NCBI GenBank assembly: GCA_963752865.1
Contig: CAVVZU010000002.1
Span: 1,394,941-1,458,940 of the forward strand
Source: an uncultured Solirubrobacteraceae bacterium
GTDB taxonomy: Bacteria; Actinomycetota; Thermoleophilia; Solirubrobacterales; Solirubrobacteraceae
DNA length: 64,000 nt
Reading direction: 5' to 3'
Shown: piece by piece, positions 49,577 through 59,485 of the stretch
How the letters are laid out: every line of letters starts with the position of its first letter
Position numbering within the stretch: the first letter of the stretch is position 1
Translations under genes and position numbers: made by a program
Notes under the pieces: generated by a model
Seen by the model: the letters and a program-made list of their open reading frames with translations, nothing else
Databases searched by the model: none
What the model was told of the DNA's origin: nothing

Positions 49577-50344
49577 GTGGAGGGCAAGGCAAAGGTCATC
49601 GCATTCGCCAACCAAAAGGGCGGCGTGGCCAAGACAACGACGACGCTGAACCTGGCCGCCGCATTCGCGGAGGAGGGCCACCGGGTGCTGTGCGTCGACA
49701 TGGACCCACAGGGCAACCTCACGATGTCCCAGGGGATCGATCCCGACACCCTGGAGAAATCGATGTACGACGTGCTCGTGCACAAAGTCTCGATCCGTGA
49801 GGTCGTTCGCAAGCGCGAGATCGACGTCGCGTGTGCGTCCATCGACCTGGCCGGAGCGGAGATCGCGATGTCGACGATGATCGGACGCGAGCGCTCGCTG
49901 CAGAAGGCGTTCGAACCGATCCTCGAGGACTACGACTTCATTTGCATCGACACTCCGCCCAGCCTCGGGCTGCTGACGATCAACGCGCTGACCGCTGCCG
50001 ACAAGGTGATCGTCCCCGTTCAGTGCGAGTATCTGTCGATGCGTGGCCTCATCCAGCTGCAGAACACGCTTGCGATGATCCGCGAGAACCTCAACCCGGG
50101 CGTTGATATCGAGGGTATCCTCCCGACGTTGGTGGACTCGCGCACGATCCACGCAAAGGAGGCGATCGAGATCCTCGAGGAAAACTTCGGCGACCGCGTT
50201 TTCGCCTCACGCATCCGCAAGACTGTTCGCTTCGCCGAGGCTCCTGTCAAGGGCATGTCGGTTCTCAAGTACGAGCCCGACGGCGTCGCCGCCCAGTCCT
50301 ATAGACAACTCGCGCAGGAGGTACTGACCAATGGCGAACGCTAA
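49577..50344 (+). CDS. parA: ParA/Soj-family ATPase (orphan, no parB)
   Basis: NQKGGVAKTT deviant Walker A, DMDPQGN, IDTPPSLG, PVQCEY and VRFAEAP motifs. Confidence 0.93.
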   Translation: MEGKAKVIAFANQKGGVAKTTTTLNLAAAFAEEGHRVLCVDMDPQGNLTMSQGIDPDTLEKSMYDVLVHKVSIREVVRKREIDVACASIDLAGAEIAMSTMIGRERSLQKAFEPILEDYDFICIDTPPSLGLLTINALTAADKVIVPVQCEYLSMRGLIQLQNTLAMIRENLNPGVDIEGILPTLVDSRTIHAKEAIEILEENFGDRVFASRIRKTVRFAEAPVKGMSVLKYEPDGVAAQSYRQLAQEVLTNGER

Positions 50345-51791
50345 ACGCGCGAGCATGCGCGAAGGGCCGCTGGCAGCGCTCTTCCGCAAGACAGAAGACG
50401 GCGAGCTCCCCTACGAGGGCGAGCAGGCGCCCGCAACACCGCCGCCACAGGCCCAGCGCGAGCCAGAAGGCCCGCCCGCGCCCGCGCATCCCCGCGAGAG
50501 CGGGCTGCCGCACCCCGCGCTTGGAGCCTCTCCCCGCATCGAGGAGGACGACGCGTACGTGCCCTCACCGCGCGAGCGTCTACGCCACGCCTTCTCATCG
50601 GAGATTCCCGAGAACGTCATGGACCGCCCAGAAACGCGGCGTCCCCTGACCGACGACTACGCTCGCGACCGCGAGTATCACATGCCCATCAGCAGTCCTG
50701 CGACCGTGGCACAGCCCGTGATTCGCGTCGTCGGCGTCGGCGGTGCCGGTGTCAACGCCGTCAACCGCATGGTCGAGGCGGAAGTCGAGGGCATCGAGTT
50801 CGTCGCGGTCAACACAGACGTGCAGTCGCTGCAGCAGTCGACCGCCGACATCACACTGCACATTGGCGCCGAGCTGACGCGTGGCCTCGGCTCGGGCTCG
50901 GACGCAAACGTCGGTCGCAGCGCCGCCATGGAGGACTACGACCGCCTCAAGTCGCTGTTGAAGGGCTCGGACATGATCTTCATCACCGCCGGCGCCGGCG
51001 GTGGCACGGGCACAGGTGCAGCACCGGTCGTCGCGCGGATCTCACGCGAGATCGGCGCGCTGACCGTTGCCATCGTCACGAAGCCGTTCGGTTTCGAGGG
51101 CACGCGTCGCAGCGAGCAGGCAGAGCGCGGCGTTGCTGCGCTCGCCGAGGAGGTCGACACGCTGATCGTCGTGCCCAACAATCGACTGCTCAGCGTGCTC
51201 GACAAGCAGACAGCGATGGTCGAGGCCTTCCGTGTCGCCGACGATGTGCTGCGCCAGGGAGTGCAGGGCATCTCCGATCTGGTGACGCTGCCCGGCCTGA
51301 TCAACCTCGATTTCGCTGACGTGCGCACGATCATGAGCGAGGCCGGTAACGCCCTGCTAGGGATCGGCATGGGCGTGGGGGAGAACCGCGCCACAGAGGC
51401 CGCACTGCAGGCCGTCTCCTCGCCGCTGCTCGAAACGTCGATGGAGGGCGCACGCTCGATCTTGCTGTCGATCACCGGCGGCGTCAACCTCTCCCTGTGG
51501 GAGGTCAACGAGGCGGCCAAGTCCGTTTCCGAGGCGGCGCACCCCGACGCCAACATCATCTTCGGCGCGATGGTCGATGAGAAGCTCGACGACCAGGTAT
51601 GGGTCACCGTCGTTGCCACAGGCTATGGCGATGAGGGCCGGCGCAAAAGCGCAAACCGCTTCAAAGAGCCAGCGACCACCGGTGAGGTGAGGGCCCAGCG
51701 GGCCGCGCCCGCGCGTCCCAGCCGCGAGCCGCGGCGTGGCGGCCTTTCGGTCGATGAACTAGAGGTCCCAGAGTTCCTTCCGAACTTCTGA
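50331..51791 (+). CDS. ftsZ: Cell division protein FtsZ with a long N-terminal extension
   Basis: VGVGGAGVNAVNRM, GGGTGTG, NLDFADV (T7 loop) and C-terminal LEVPEFL. AGGAGG SD at 50316-50321. Overlaps parA by 14 nt. Confidence 0.96.
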   Translation: MANAKRASMREGPLAALFRKTEDGELPYEGEQAPATPPPQAQREPEGPPAPAHPRESGLPHPALGASPRIEEDDAYVPSPRERLRHAFSSEIPENVMDRPETRRPLTDDYARDREYHMPISSPATVAQPVIRVVGVGGAGVNAVNRMVEAEVEGIEFVAVNTDVQSLQQSTADITLHIGAELTRGLGSGSDANVGRSAAMEDYDRLKSLLKGSDMIFITAGAGGGTGTGAAPVVARISREIGALTVAIVTKPFGFEGTRRSEQAERGVAALAEEVDTLIVVPNNRLLSVLDKQTAMVEAFRVADDVLRQGVQGISDLVTLPGLINLDFADVRTIMSEAGNALLGIGMGVGENRATEAALQAVSSPLLETSMEGARSILLSITGGVNLSLWEVNEAAKSVSEAAHPDANIIFGAMVDEKLDDQVWVTVVATGYGDEGRRKSANRFKEPATTGEVRAQRAAPARPSREPRRGGLSVDELEVPEFLPNF

Positions 51792-51825
51792 TCTGAAGCG
51801 CGTCGCATTTCGCCATGCTGCGTCC

Positions 51826-53298
51826 ATGAGCACAGCTGAGCGAGGGGTTGTTGCGGCAGGGCATCCGCTGACCGCGCAGGCGGGGGCGAGGGTTCTGCGC
51901 GAAGGTGGAAACGCCGTGGACGCGACCGTGGCGGCGATGCTCACGTCGTTCGTGAGCGAGTCGCTGCTCACCGGGCTTGGCGCCGGCGGCTACATGCTGG
52001 TGGCGGGCAATGGCATCGAGCCGACGCTGCTCGACTTCTTCGTCGAGGCACCCACACGGCTTGGCGACGGCTCGGAGGTCGAGCTGCGGGGGGTGGATGT
52101 CGACTTTGGCGACGCCGCACAGGTGTTTCACATCGGCCCCGCGTCCTGCGGCGTCTACGGCACACCAGCTGGCGTGTGCGAGGCGATGCGCAGGTGGGGC
52201 ACGGTGCCTCTGCAGGAGCTCGCAGCTCCCGCGGCACGGCTCGCGCGCGACGGTGTGCTGCTCAACGCCGGTCAGGCGTATGTGGCGGAGATCCTCGCCG
52301 ACCTGTTGACCTCAACGCCGGAGTGCGCTGCGCTGTGGGCACCCGGCGGTCAGCTGCTGCGCGAGGGGGGTGTGCTGCGCAACCCCGAGCTTGGAGAGTC
52401 GCTTCTGCGTCTCGCCCGCGATGGGGCAGAGCCCTTCTACCGGGGGGACATCGCTAAAGCCGTGTGCGACTGGCTGGGTGATCACGGCGGCTCGTTGCGT
52501 GAAGCCGATCTCAATGGATATGAAGCGATCGAGCGGGAGCCGATCAGGATCGCCTATCGCGACCGCGAGATCCTCACCAACCCGCCGCCGTCGGCCGGCG
52601 GGACGCTGCTGGCGTACGCGCTTGCGCTGCTCGATCGCGGCCCCGCGCCGCCACCGCTGCACGCGGTCGTAGCCGCGATGGAAGCCGCCCAGTCAGAGCG
52701 CACGCCGGCGTTCGTCGAAGGCCTCGACGAGGAGGGGTTCCTCGAGCGTTTCCTGGCCGCGCGCCTGGGCTCGACCACTCACATCTCGGTGATCGATTCC
52801 ACCGGGTGCGCCTGCAGCGCCACGTGCACCAACGGCGAGGGATCAGGCGTCGTCGTCCCGGGCACCGGCATGCACCTAAACAACGTTATGGGCGAGGCCG
52901 ATCTCAACCCGCTCGGCTTCCACCTGCACCCGGCAGGGCGACGGATGCCGAGCATGATGGCCCCTTCGGTGGTCATGCGTGAGGGAGAGGTCGAGCTGGT
53001 GCTGGGGAGCGCCGGCTCCAACCGCATCCGCTCGGCGATTCTGCAGACGATCATCGGTGTGGTCGACCGCGAGCTCGATGTGCGCCATGCGGTGGAGGCT
53101 CCACGGGTGCACTTCGAGGACGGCGTCGTGTTCGCCGAGCCCGGGATCGACCTCTCCGGCCTGGATAGCGGCGCCCAAGTGGTCCGCTTCGGCGCGCCCA
53201 ACCTGTTCTTTGGCGGCGTCCAGGCTGCGCTCAGGCGTAGTTCGGGGATGACCGGCGCCGGCGATCCACGGCGTGGCGGCGTGGCGGTCAGCGAGTGA
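51826..53298 (+). CDS. ggt: Gamma-glutamyltransferase family protein
   Basis: GGNAVDA, PPPSAGG, STTHISV (catalytic Thr), LNN, PSMMAP and GDPRRGG motifs. Confidence 0.9.
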   Translation: MSTAERGVVAAGHPLTAQAGARVLREGGNAVDATVAAMLTSFVSESLLTGLGAGGYMLVAGNGIEPTLLDFFVEAPTRLGDGSEVELRGVDVDFGDAAQVFHIGPASCGVYGTPAGVCEAMRRWGTVPLQELAAPAARLARDGVLLNAGQAYVAEILADLLTSTPECAALWAPGGQLLREGGVLRNPELGESLLRLARDGAEPFYRGDIAKAVCDWLGDHGGSLREADLNGYEAIEREPIRIAYRDREILTNPPPSAGGTLLAYALALLDRGPAPPPLHAVVAAMEAAQSERTPAFVEGLDEEGFLERFLAARLGSTTHISVIDSTGCACSATCTNGEGSGVVVPGTGMHLNNVMGEADLNPLGFHLHPAGRRMPSMMAPSVVMREGEVELVLGSAGSNRIRSAILQTIIGVVDRELDVRHAVEAPRVHFEDGVVFAEPGIDLSGLDSGAQVVRFGAPNLFFGGVQAALRRSSGMTGAGDPRRGGVAVSE

Positions 53299-53711
53299 GA
53301 GGCGCCCTGATCATTGGAGCCGTTGGTGCGGCAATCGCCCTCAGCGGCTGTGGCGGCGTAGAGGCGTCCGACCTCTTCATCGTCTACCGCTCCGGCTCCA
53401 CCCCGCAGGCAAAGCTGACGCTGCTCGTGGATGAAGAAGGGGGCGTTACCTGCAACGGGCGCGCTGCCGCGAGCAAATTGGACGACGCGCAGATCGTCAA
53501 GGCCAGGGAAATCCAGGAAGAGCTCGAGAAGCCATCGTCCAGCCACCTGTCGCTGGCGCCCAGGGCTGGCTCGGTGCTCAGCTACTACGTGCGCGACGAA
53601 AGCGGCAGCGTCCGCTTCAGCGACAACTCAGCCGCCCAGCCGGCTGTCTTTCACAAGCTGCAGCTGCTCGTGTTGCAGACCGCACAGCAGATCTGCGGTC
53701 TGGCGGGGTGA
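53295..53711 (+). CDS. Putative lipoprotein
   Basis: LSGC lipobox, GTGA overlap with ggt, and two further Cys residues. Confidence 0.72.
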   Translation: MRGALIIGAVGAAIALSGCGGVEASDLFIVYRSGSTPQAKLTLLVDEEGGVTCNGRAAASKLDDAQIVKAREIQEELEKPSSSHLSLAPRAGSVLSYYVRDESGSVRFSDNSAAQPAVFHKLQLLVLQTAQQICGLAG

Positions 53712-53749
53712 GCTTCCGCATCTCGAACCGCTGAGGCCTGCGCCGATCG

Positions 53750-54391
53750 CTACCCGAACCGGACCTTCCCATTCGACAGGGCACGCATCCGGGCTCGCTC
53801 GATTAGCTCCAGGCGCTCGATCGCCGTGCGGATGAGCAGTGCCAGCAGGCGCAGCCGTGCGTTCTCGGAGCGCAGCTCGAGCAGTTCCTGCTTCGCGTCG
53901 ATGTCGAACTCCACCGTCGCTGCCATCCGGTAGGAGTCCAGCTCCTCCAGATCCCTCGCCTCGAGCTCGCGGTCAGTCGCCTGCATCACCAGATCCCGAT
54001 AGAGCTCGTGTGCGGCCTCGGCGGCGCTTGCGTCGAGATCCTCATCGGCCTCGTCGAGGAACTCGACCACGCCCGCCGGATACGGCAGATCGTGCTGGCG
54101 CTCGAGCAAGCGGAACGGCCGCGTCCCACGGGCGAGGATGTTCGAGCGGCCGTCGTCCATACGCTCGAGCACCTGTTCGATCTCACAGGCGCAGCCGACC
54201 GGCTTGAGCTCCTCGTCAGAGAGCCACACGATCCCGAATTCAGCTGCCGGCGAGCCGCTCTCTGCCCGCAGGCAGTGGTCGATCATCCTGCGGTAGCGAT
54301 CCTCGAAGATATGCAGCGGCACCGTTTCCGTGGGCAGTGCGACGATTCCCAGCGGGAACAACGGGAAGCTGCTGCAGGGTCGTCCGGGCAT
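53750..54391 (-). CDS. LON peptidase substrate-binding domain protein
   Basis: PLFPL...PLHIFEDRYRRM and KQELLE motifs. TAAACT -10 element 7 nt upstream. Confidence 0.9.
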   Translation of the reverse strand: MPGRPCSSFPLFPLGIVALPTETVPLHIFEDRYRRMIDHCLRAESGSPAAEFGIVWLSDEELKPVGCACEIEQVLERMDDGRSNILARGTRPFRLLERQHDLPYPAGVVEFLDEADEDLDASAAEAAHELYRDLVMQATDRELEARDLEELDSYRMAATVEFDIDAKQELLELRSENARLRLLALLIRTAIERLELIERARMRALSNGKVRFG

Positions 54392-54401
54392 ACGCCCGAG
54401 T

Positions 54402-55310
54402 TTAGGCAGACGGCTTGTGCGCGGCCAGCATCAGGTTGTAGAAGATCGCCGCCGGCAGCCTTGACTCGAGCAGCCGACGGTCGAGCTCCTGCAGCAGCAG
54501 ATAGCCACGGTAGGCGTACATCCGCCACGCCCACGGCACATCTTCGGGCTCGGCGGTGGCCTCCAGCGTGCGGTTGGCCCACCCGAACCAGTTGGCCAGC
54601 AGCTCCTCGCCGGTAACACGCACGTCCTGAAACCCGGCTGCGCGAGCGACCCGCGAAAGCTCGACGGGGGCAAACGCGTGCACGTCGACGACGCCCTCGA
54701 GCGCTACGTCGGGCTCGCCGCCATCTCCCACCGGTGCGGGGGCGGCTCTGATCGCGCGTCGCCACGCCGGTGCCACGGTCGTGGCAAAGCGCTTGGGCAC
54801 CGTCGCGAGGCGGTCGCCATAGCGGGACGGCTCGCCGGCGAAAAGCACCGTGCCGCCAGGTGCCAGTACGCGCTCGAACTCGGCGAATGCGCGCGGCAGA
54901 TCCGGGATGTGGTGGAGCACCGCATGGCCCAACACCAGGTCGAAGCTCTCGTCTGCGAACGGCAGGTGCTCGGCGTCGGCGGGCTGAGTATGGACCTCCA
55001 GCCCCAAGCGTGAGGCATTGGCCTGCAACGTCTCGAGCATGCCAGGTGAGATATCGCTGCACGTGGCCGATCCGATCAAGCCCGCGCGGAGCAGGTTCAG
55101 GCTGAAGTAGCCGGTTCCAGAGCCGATCTCGAGTGACCTCGCATAGTGACCCGGCTCCCGGCCGAGCGCCTTGCGCACCTTGGCGCCGACCTGACTGAGC
55201 CCTAGCTCGCCGAAGTCGATTCCCCACTTGGAGTCGTAGTGATCGGCCGCGACATCGTGGTAGCGGGTGTTGGCGTCGCGGATCTCCTCCGCGCTCAAGA
55301 CAGATGGCAT
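54402..55310 (-). CDS. Class I SAM methyltransferase, Rv3038c-like
   Basis: YHD..A..YDSKW.I, LEIGSGTGYF.LNL, GHAVLHHIPD, FAGEP, VDVHAF and FYNLM match my recollection of Rv3038c. Confidence 0.88.
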   Translation of the reverse strand: MPSVLSAEEIRDANTRYHDVAADHYDSKWGIDFGELGLSQVGAKVRKALGREPGHYARSLEIGSGTGYFSLNLLRAGLIGSATCSDISPGMLETLQANASRLGLEVHTQPADAEHLPFADESFDLVLGHAVLHHIPDLPRAFAEFERVLAPGGTVLFAGEPSRYGDRLATVPKRFATTVAPAWRRAIRAAPAPVGDGGEPDVALEGVVDVHAFAPVELSRVARAAGFQDVRVTGEELLANWFGWANRTLEATAEPEDVPWAWRMYAYRGYLLLQELDRRLLESRLPAAIFYNLMLAAHKPSA

Positions 55311-55385
55311 GGGGCGGACCATATACTCGCGCGCCGTGGCCGCGTCTCCAACTACCGGCATGACTATTTCGATCACAGGCATCTC

Positions 55386-56183
55386 TTGACAACAACATCC
55401 AGCTCAGAGTCGGCTCCCGTCGTCTATCGGCAGCGCGATCAGCCGGATGGTGTGCCGCCGCTCGAGCTGACCGGTGAGCGCACGCTGCCGGACGTTCCCG
55501 AGGAGAACTACTGGTATCGCCGCCACCTCGTCGTGTACGAGTGGATCGCACAGCAGGTGCGGGGGCTGCGCGTGGTCGATATGGCCTGCGGCGAGGGCTA
55601 CGGCTCCGATGTGCTCGCGCGGAGCGCCGCCGGCGTGGTTGGCGTCGACGCGAACCCCGAGGCTCACGAGCACGCCCGTCTGCGCTACGTACGCCCCAAC
55701 CTGCGTTTCGAGCGAGCCCTCATCGACGGCTTCTCCGAGCAGGCCGATGCGGTGGTGTTCCTGCAGACGATCGAGCACGTCGAGGATCCCGGTGCGGTGC
55801 TCGATCACTTCCGCTCGCTGACCGGCAGCACGGGAGTGGTGTTCGTGTCGACCCCCAACGTGCTCACGCTGGCGCCCAAGGGCGCACCGCGCTCGGACAA
55901 TCCCTGGCATGTTCACGAGTACCGCCGTAATGAATTCGAGCAGCTCTGCAGGGCGCACTTCTCGAGCGTGGAGCTGTATGGGCTCTTCCATGCGCGCAAG
56001 CTGCGTGCGCACGAGCTTGCGCTGCGCCTCGGCTGGGATCGCGTGCACGCTCGCCTTGGCCTGACGAGGCGCTTCTATGACTGGTTCACCCCAGCCATCG
56101 CCGTCTCTGACTTCGCGCTGACGCCCGCCGGCGAGGCCGACATGGATCGCTCGCTGGACTTCGTCGCGGTGTGCCGGCCGTGA
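55386..56183 (+). CDS. Class I SAM methyltransferase, Rv3030-like (MGLP 6-O-methyltransferase homologue)
   Basis: LTGERTLP...ENYWYRRH, CGEGYG, STPN, NPWH, GLFH and SLDFVAVCRP motifs. TTG start is inferred. Confidence 0.88.
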   Translation: MTTTSSSESAPVVYRQRDQPDGVPPLELTGERTLPDVPEENYWYRRHLVVYEWIAQQVRGLRVVDMACGEGYGSDVLARSAAGVVGVDANPEAHEHARLRYVRPNLRFERALIDGFSEQADAVVFLQTIEHVEDPGAVLDHFRSLTGSTGVVFVSTPNVLTLAPKGAPRSDNPWHVHEYRRNEFEQLCRAHFSSVELYGLFHARKLRAHELALRLGWDRVHARLGLTRRFYDWFTPAIAVSDFALTPAGEADMDRSLDFVAVCRP

Positions 56184-57637
56184 GCTCTCCTCGCGAGCGC
56201 GGTGCGCTGGCGATCGTTCTGCACACGCACATGCCCTACGTGGAGGGCTTCGGTCGTTGGCCTTTCGGCGAGGAGTGGTTGTGGGAGGCGATGGTCGGCT
56301 GCTATCTGCCGCTGCTCGACGTGCTCGATGAAGGCGCGCCGCTGACGTTGTCGCTGACGCCCGTGCTCTGCGATCAGCTGGAAGCCCTCGGCGTGGGCGA
56401 GCGTTTCGTGGCCTTCGTGGAGGGGGTACGGCGTGCAACCCATGAGGAGGACGCGGCCGGGCTGCGCGCCGGTGGGCACGAGCGGCTGGCGCTCGAGCTC
56501 GAGCGCTCGTGGTGTGACTACGCAAGCGCGCTCGAGAGCCTGCGCAGGCGTGGGGGGGACCTGTTGGGGGCGCTTGCCCCCCACGCCCAGTGGACGTCCT
56601 CGGCCACCCACGCGATTCTGCCCCTGCTGGCCACGGACGCAGGGATACGCCTGCAGGTCAGCAGCGGCGTGCGGGCGCACCGCAGGCGCTTCGGCGACGA
56701 TTGGCGTGGTGGCTTTTGGCTACCGGAGTGTGCCTACTCGCCATGGCTCGAGCGGGCACTCGAGGATGCCGGTGTGGGGGCTGTCTGCGTGGAGCTCAGC
56801 AACCGCTACGGCCTAGGCGCCCGCGAGCACCTGCGCCCGATTGCCACCGAGTCGGGGATCGCGCTCATACCGATCGACCGCGCCACGATCTCACTCGTGT
56901 GGAGCGACGCCGGCTATCCCGCCGCGGGTGCATACCGCGATTACCACCACCACACGATCCACCACCACAACCCCTGGAACAACGACGCTGACGCCTACGA
57001 CCATCCCGCGGCACTGGCGTTGGCTCGCGAGCACGCCGCCGACTTCGTCACGCGGACGCTCGCTCGTCTGCGCCAGGCAAATGAGTCCGCCGCCGCCGGC
57101 GGCGCGCCGCTTCCCGGCGGGGGCCTGGTCGTCTGTGCGCTCGACACCGAGCTGCTCGGGCACTGGTGGTATGAGGGAGTCGACTGGTTGCGCGCCGTCG
57201 TCGATGAGTGCGCCCGGCAGGGCCTCCAGCTGGTGCGACTGGATGACGCGCTCGAGCGTGTCGAGCCGGTGAGCGCCGCAGAGGCGCAGTCAGAGGGCTG
57301 GCAGGCCATTACGTGGGGGAAAGACGGCGATCTTTCGACCTGGTCCGGTGCAGCGGTTGCCGATATGGCCTTCGCGGTGCGTGCCGCCGAGCTCGAGGTC
57401 GTTGCGGCGGGTGAGCGGGTTGGGGTGGGAGCGGTGCGCGAGCTGCTCGCGCTGCAGGCCAGCGACTGGCCTTTCATGGTCAACCGAGATATCGCGGCAC
57501 CGTATGCGCACGAGCGCTTCGACGGTCACCGTCGTGCGCTCGCGCAAGCGCTGGCCTCTGGCCAGCAGGCCGATCTCGCCGCTCTGCGCAACCTCGCCGT
57601 CGACGCCGAGCGTGCCTGCCTGCTCGATCCGTCTTAG
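56180..57637 (+). CDS. GH57 1,4-alpha-glucan branching enzyme, Rv3031-like
   Basis: LHTHMPYV..GRWPFGEEWL, FWLPECAY (nucleophile), DTELLGHWWYEG (acid/base) and ASDWPF motifs. GTGA overlap. Confidence 0.9.
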   Translation: MSSPRERGALAIVLHTHMPYVEGFGRWPFGEEWLWEAMVGCYLPLLDVLDEGAPLTLSLTPVLCDQLEALGVGERFVAFVEGVRRATHEEDAAGLRAGGHERLALELERSWCDYASALESLRRRGGDLLGALAPHAQWTSSATHAILPLLATDAGIRLQVSSGVRAHRRRFGDDWRGGFWLPECAYSPWLERALEDAGVGAVCVELSNRYGLGAREHLRPIATESGIALIPIDRATISLVWSDAGYPAAGAYRDYHHHTIHHHNPWNNDADAYDHPAALALAREHAADFVTRTLARLRQANESAAAGGAPLPGGGLVVCALDTELLGHWWYEGVDWLRAVVDECARQGLQLVRLDDALERVEPVSAAEAQSEGWQAITWGKDGDLSTWSGAAVADMAFAVRAAELEVVAAGERVGVGAVRELLALQASDWPFMVNRDIAAPYAHERFDGHRRALAQALASGQQADLAALRNLAVDAERACLLDPS

Positions 57638-57697
57638 GGCTCGGCGATGATTGGCAAGTCCGCGTTGGGCACGTCATCGATCGACAGGGAGAGCTTG

Positions 57698-59479
57698 ATG
57701 CACAAGCCGTTGCCGACCTCGAGCCGCTGCTTGCGCCCGCGGATGGCCCGCCTATGGGTGCTGGGCGTCGGGAGAGGCCACGGCGGCCGGTGTGCGCTCG
57801 CCGTGTCGCTCGGTTGCCTCGGGCTGCTCCTCATCGCTCCCACCGCCGGCGCGACCGGCTACGGCGCTGTTTCGGGGAAGGTGACCGGCGCCGCTTCCAA
57901 AACTGGGATCGAAGGCATCGAAGTTCGCATCTACAAAGGTGAAGACGAGTGGTATCCGGCAACGACGGCGAGCAACGGCAGCTATACGGCCGCGGGGCTG
58001 GAACCCGGCGAATACAAGGTCAAGTTCATCGGCACCGCAACGAAGTACGCCACCCAGTACTACAAAGAAAAGCTGAGCTTCGCGGCTGCCACCACGATCA
58101 GCGTCGAAGCGGGCAAGGAACTCAAGGAAATCAACGCCGCGCTCTCAGAAAACGCGTCGATCTCGGGGGCAGTGACCAGCGCCAGCAGCGAATTGGAACT
58201 CGGCAACATAGAAGTGACGGCCTACGAAACGAACGCGCCAAACGCTGCAGTGGCGTCAGTCGATACCAACCAGTTCGGTAAATACGAACTGAAGGATCTG
58301 TCCAAGGGCGCATATGTGATTGGCTTCAAAGCGGCCCTTGGATCCGGTCTCGACTACGCCCCCCAGTTCTTTCCCGAAAAGGCGAGGTTCAGCGAAGCTC
58401 CGGAGGTGCTCGTCGACGAAGACGTCTCCTCGAACGTCAACGCAAAGCTGCTGCAGGGCGCGTCGATCACCGGCGTTGTCACCGACGATGCAACACATCA
58501 AGCGCTGGGAAATGTGACCGTCGAGGCCCTTGCGGTGGGCGGCGCTGAAGCACCGGTGGCGCTCGCGTTGACCGCCGCCGATGGCAGCTACGAGCTCGTC
58601 GGCTTGGCCAGCGGTACTGTCGAGGTGGCGTTCGTCAAGGAGAAAAGAGAAGGCGAAACCGCATACGTCCCCTACATGCCTCAGCTTTACGACGACCGCG
58701 CGTTTCCCGAAGACCCCTTCAATCTGGCGGAAATACTTCTCTACGGCACCCACGTGGAAGTGACGGTCCCGCTCACGACCACGGGCATCAACGCCGCGAT
58801 GGTGCGCGAGGAACCTGCAAACACGGCAGCGCCGACACTGTCTGGAACACCCAGCGTCGGGCAGACGCTCTCCTGCACAGATGGATCGTGGACGGGCAGC
58901 GAAGCTCTCACCTACACACAGGCGTGGTTGCGTGACGGTACGGCGATCGCCGGCGCAACCGGGAGCACGTACGTGGTCCAGCCGGTCGATGCAGGGCATG
59001 ATCTGGCCTGCATGATCACCGCGACGAACAAGCTCGCGAGCGTCAGCGCCACCAGCAACGTCCTGGCTGTGCCTTCGACTGGTATCGCGCCGATCGGCGT
59101 CGCCCCGGTGGCTCCCGTCATCGCGCTGTCGGCTGCCAAGCTCTCCATATCCGGCGGCTCGACACGCGTTCCGATCGCCTGTGCCGACGCAAGCTGCTCG
59201 GGGACGATCGAGTTGACCGAGCAGATCGTCGTCAAGCACCGCAACGGCAAGAAGACGGTCGCAAAGAAAGAGACGGTCATCTTGGCCAGGGGCACCTACT
59301 CGCTGGCCGCGGGGCGTAGCGCCAAGATCATGCTGCACCTGACCGCGACCGCAAGGAGCGCACTCGCGAAGTCAAAGCAGCATCGACTGGCAGCCGAGGT
59401 CGTCGCCTCCGTGGCCGGCGGCAAGACGGTGAAACGGCCGGTAACGCTCAGCCAGGCCGTGATCAAGCACCAGCGGTAA
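57698..59479 (+). CDS. Secreted surface protein with carboxypeptidase-regulatory-like/Ig repeats and a basic C-terminal domain
   Basis: Signal ending AGA, three repeats (I.G.VT...G.Y...L..G.Y...INA.L), a TLSCTDGSW..W.RDG..I.GATGSTY Ig module, and a C-terminal CxxxxC basic domain. Confidence 0.8.
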   Translation: MHKPLPTSSRCLRPRMARLWVLGVGRGHGGRCALAVSLGCLGLLLIAPTAGATGYGAVSGKVTGAASKTGIEGIEVRIYKGEDEWYPATTASNGSYTAAGLEPGEYKVKFIGTATKYATQYYKEKLSFAAATTISVEAGKELKEINAALSENASISGAVTSASSELELGNIEVTAYETNAPNAAVASVDTNQFGKYELKDLSKGAYVIGFKAALGSGLDYAPQFFPEKARFSEAPEVLVDEDVSSNVNAKLLQGASITGVVTDDATHQALGNVTVEALAVGGAEAPVALALTAADGSYELVGLASGTVEVAFVKEKREGETAYVPYMPQLYDDRAFPEDPFNLAEILLYGTHVEVTVPLTTTGINAAMVREEPANTAAPTLSGTPSVGQTLSCTDGSWTGSEALTYTQAWLRDGTAIAGATGSTYVVQPVDAGHDLACMITATNKLASVSATSNVLAVPSTGIAPIGVAPVAPVIALSAAKLSISGGSTRVPIACADASCSGTIELTEQIVVKHRNGKKTVAKKETVILARGTYSLAAGRSAKIMLHLTATARSALAKSKQHRLAAEVVASVAGGKTVKRPVTLSQAVIKHQR

Positions 59480-59485
59480 CGCTGC

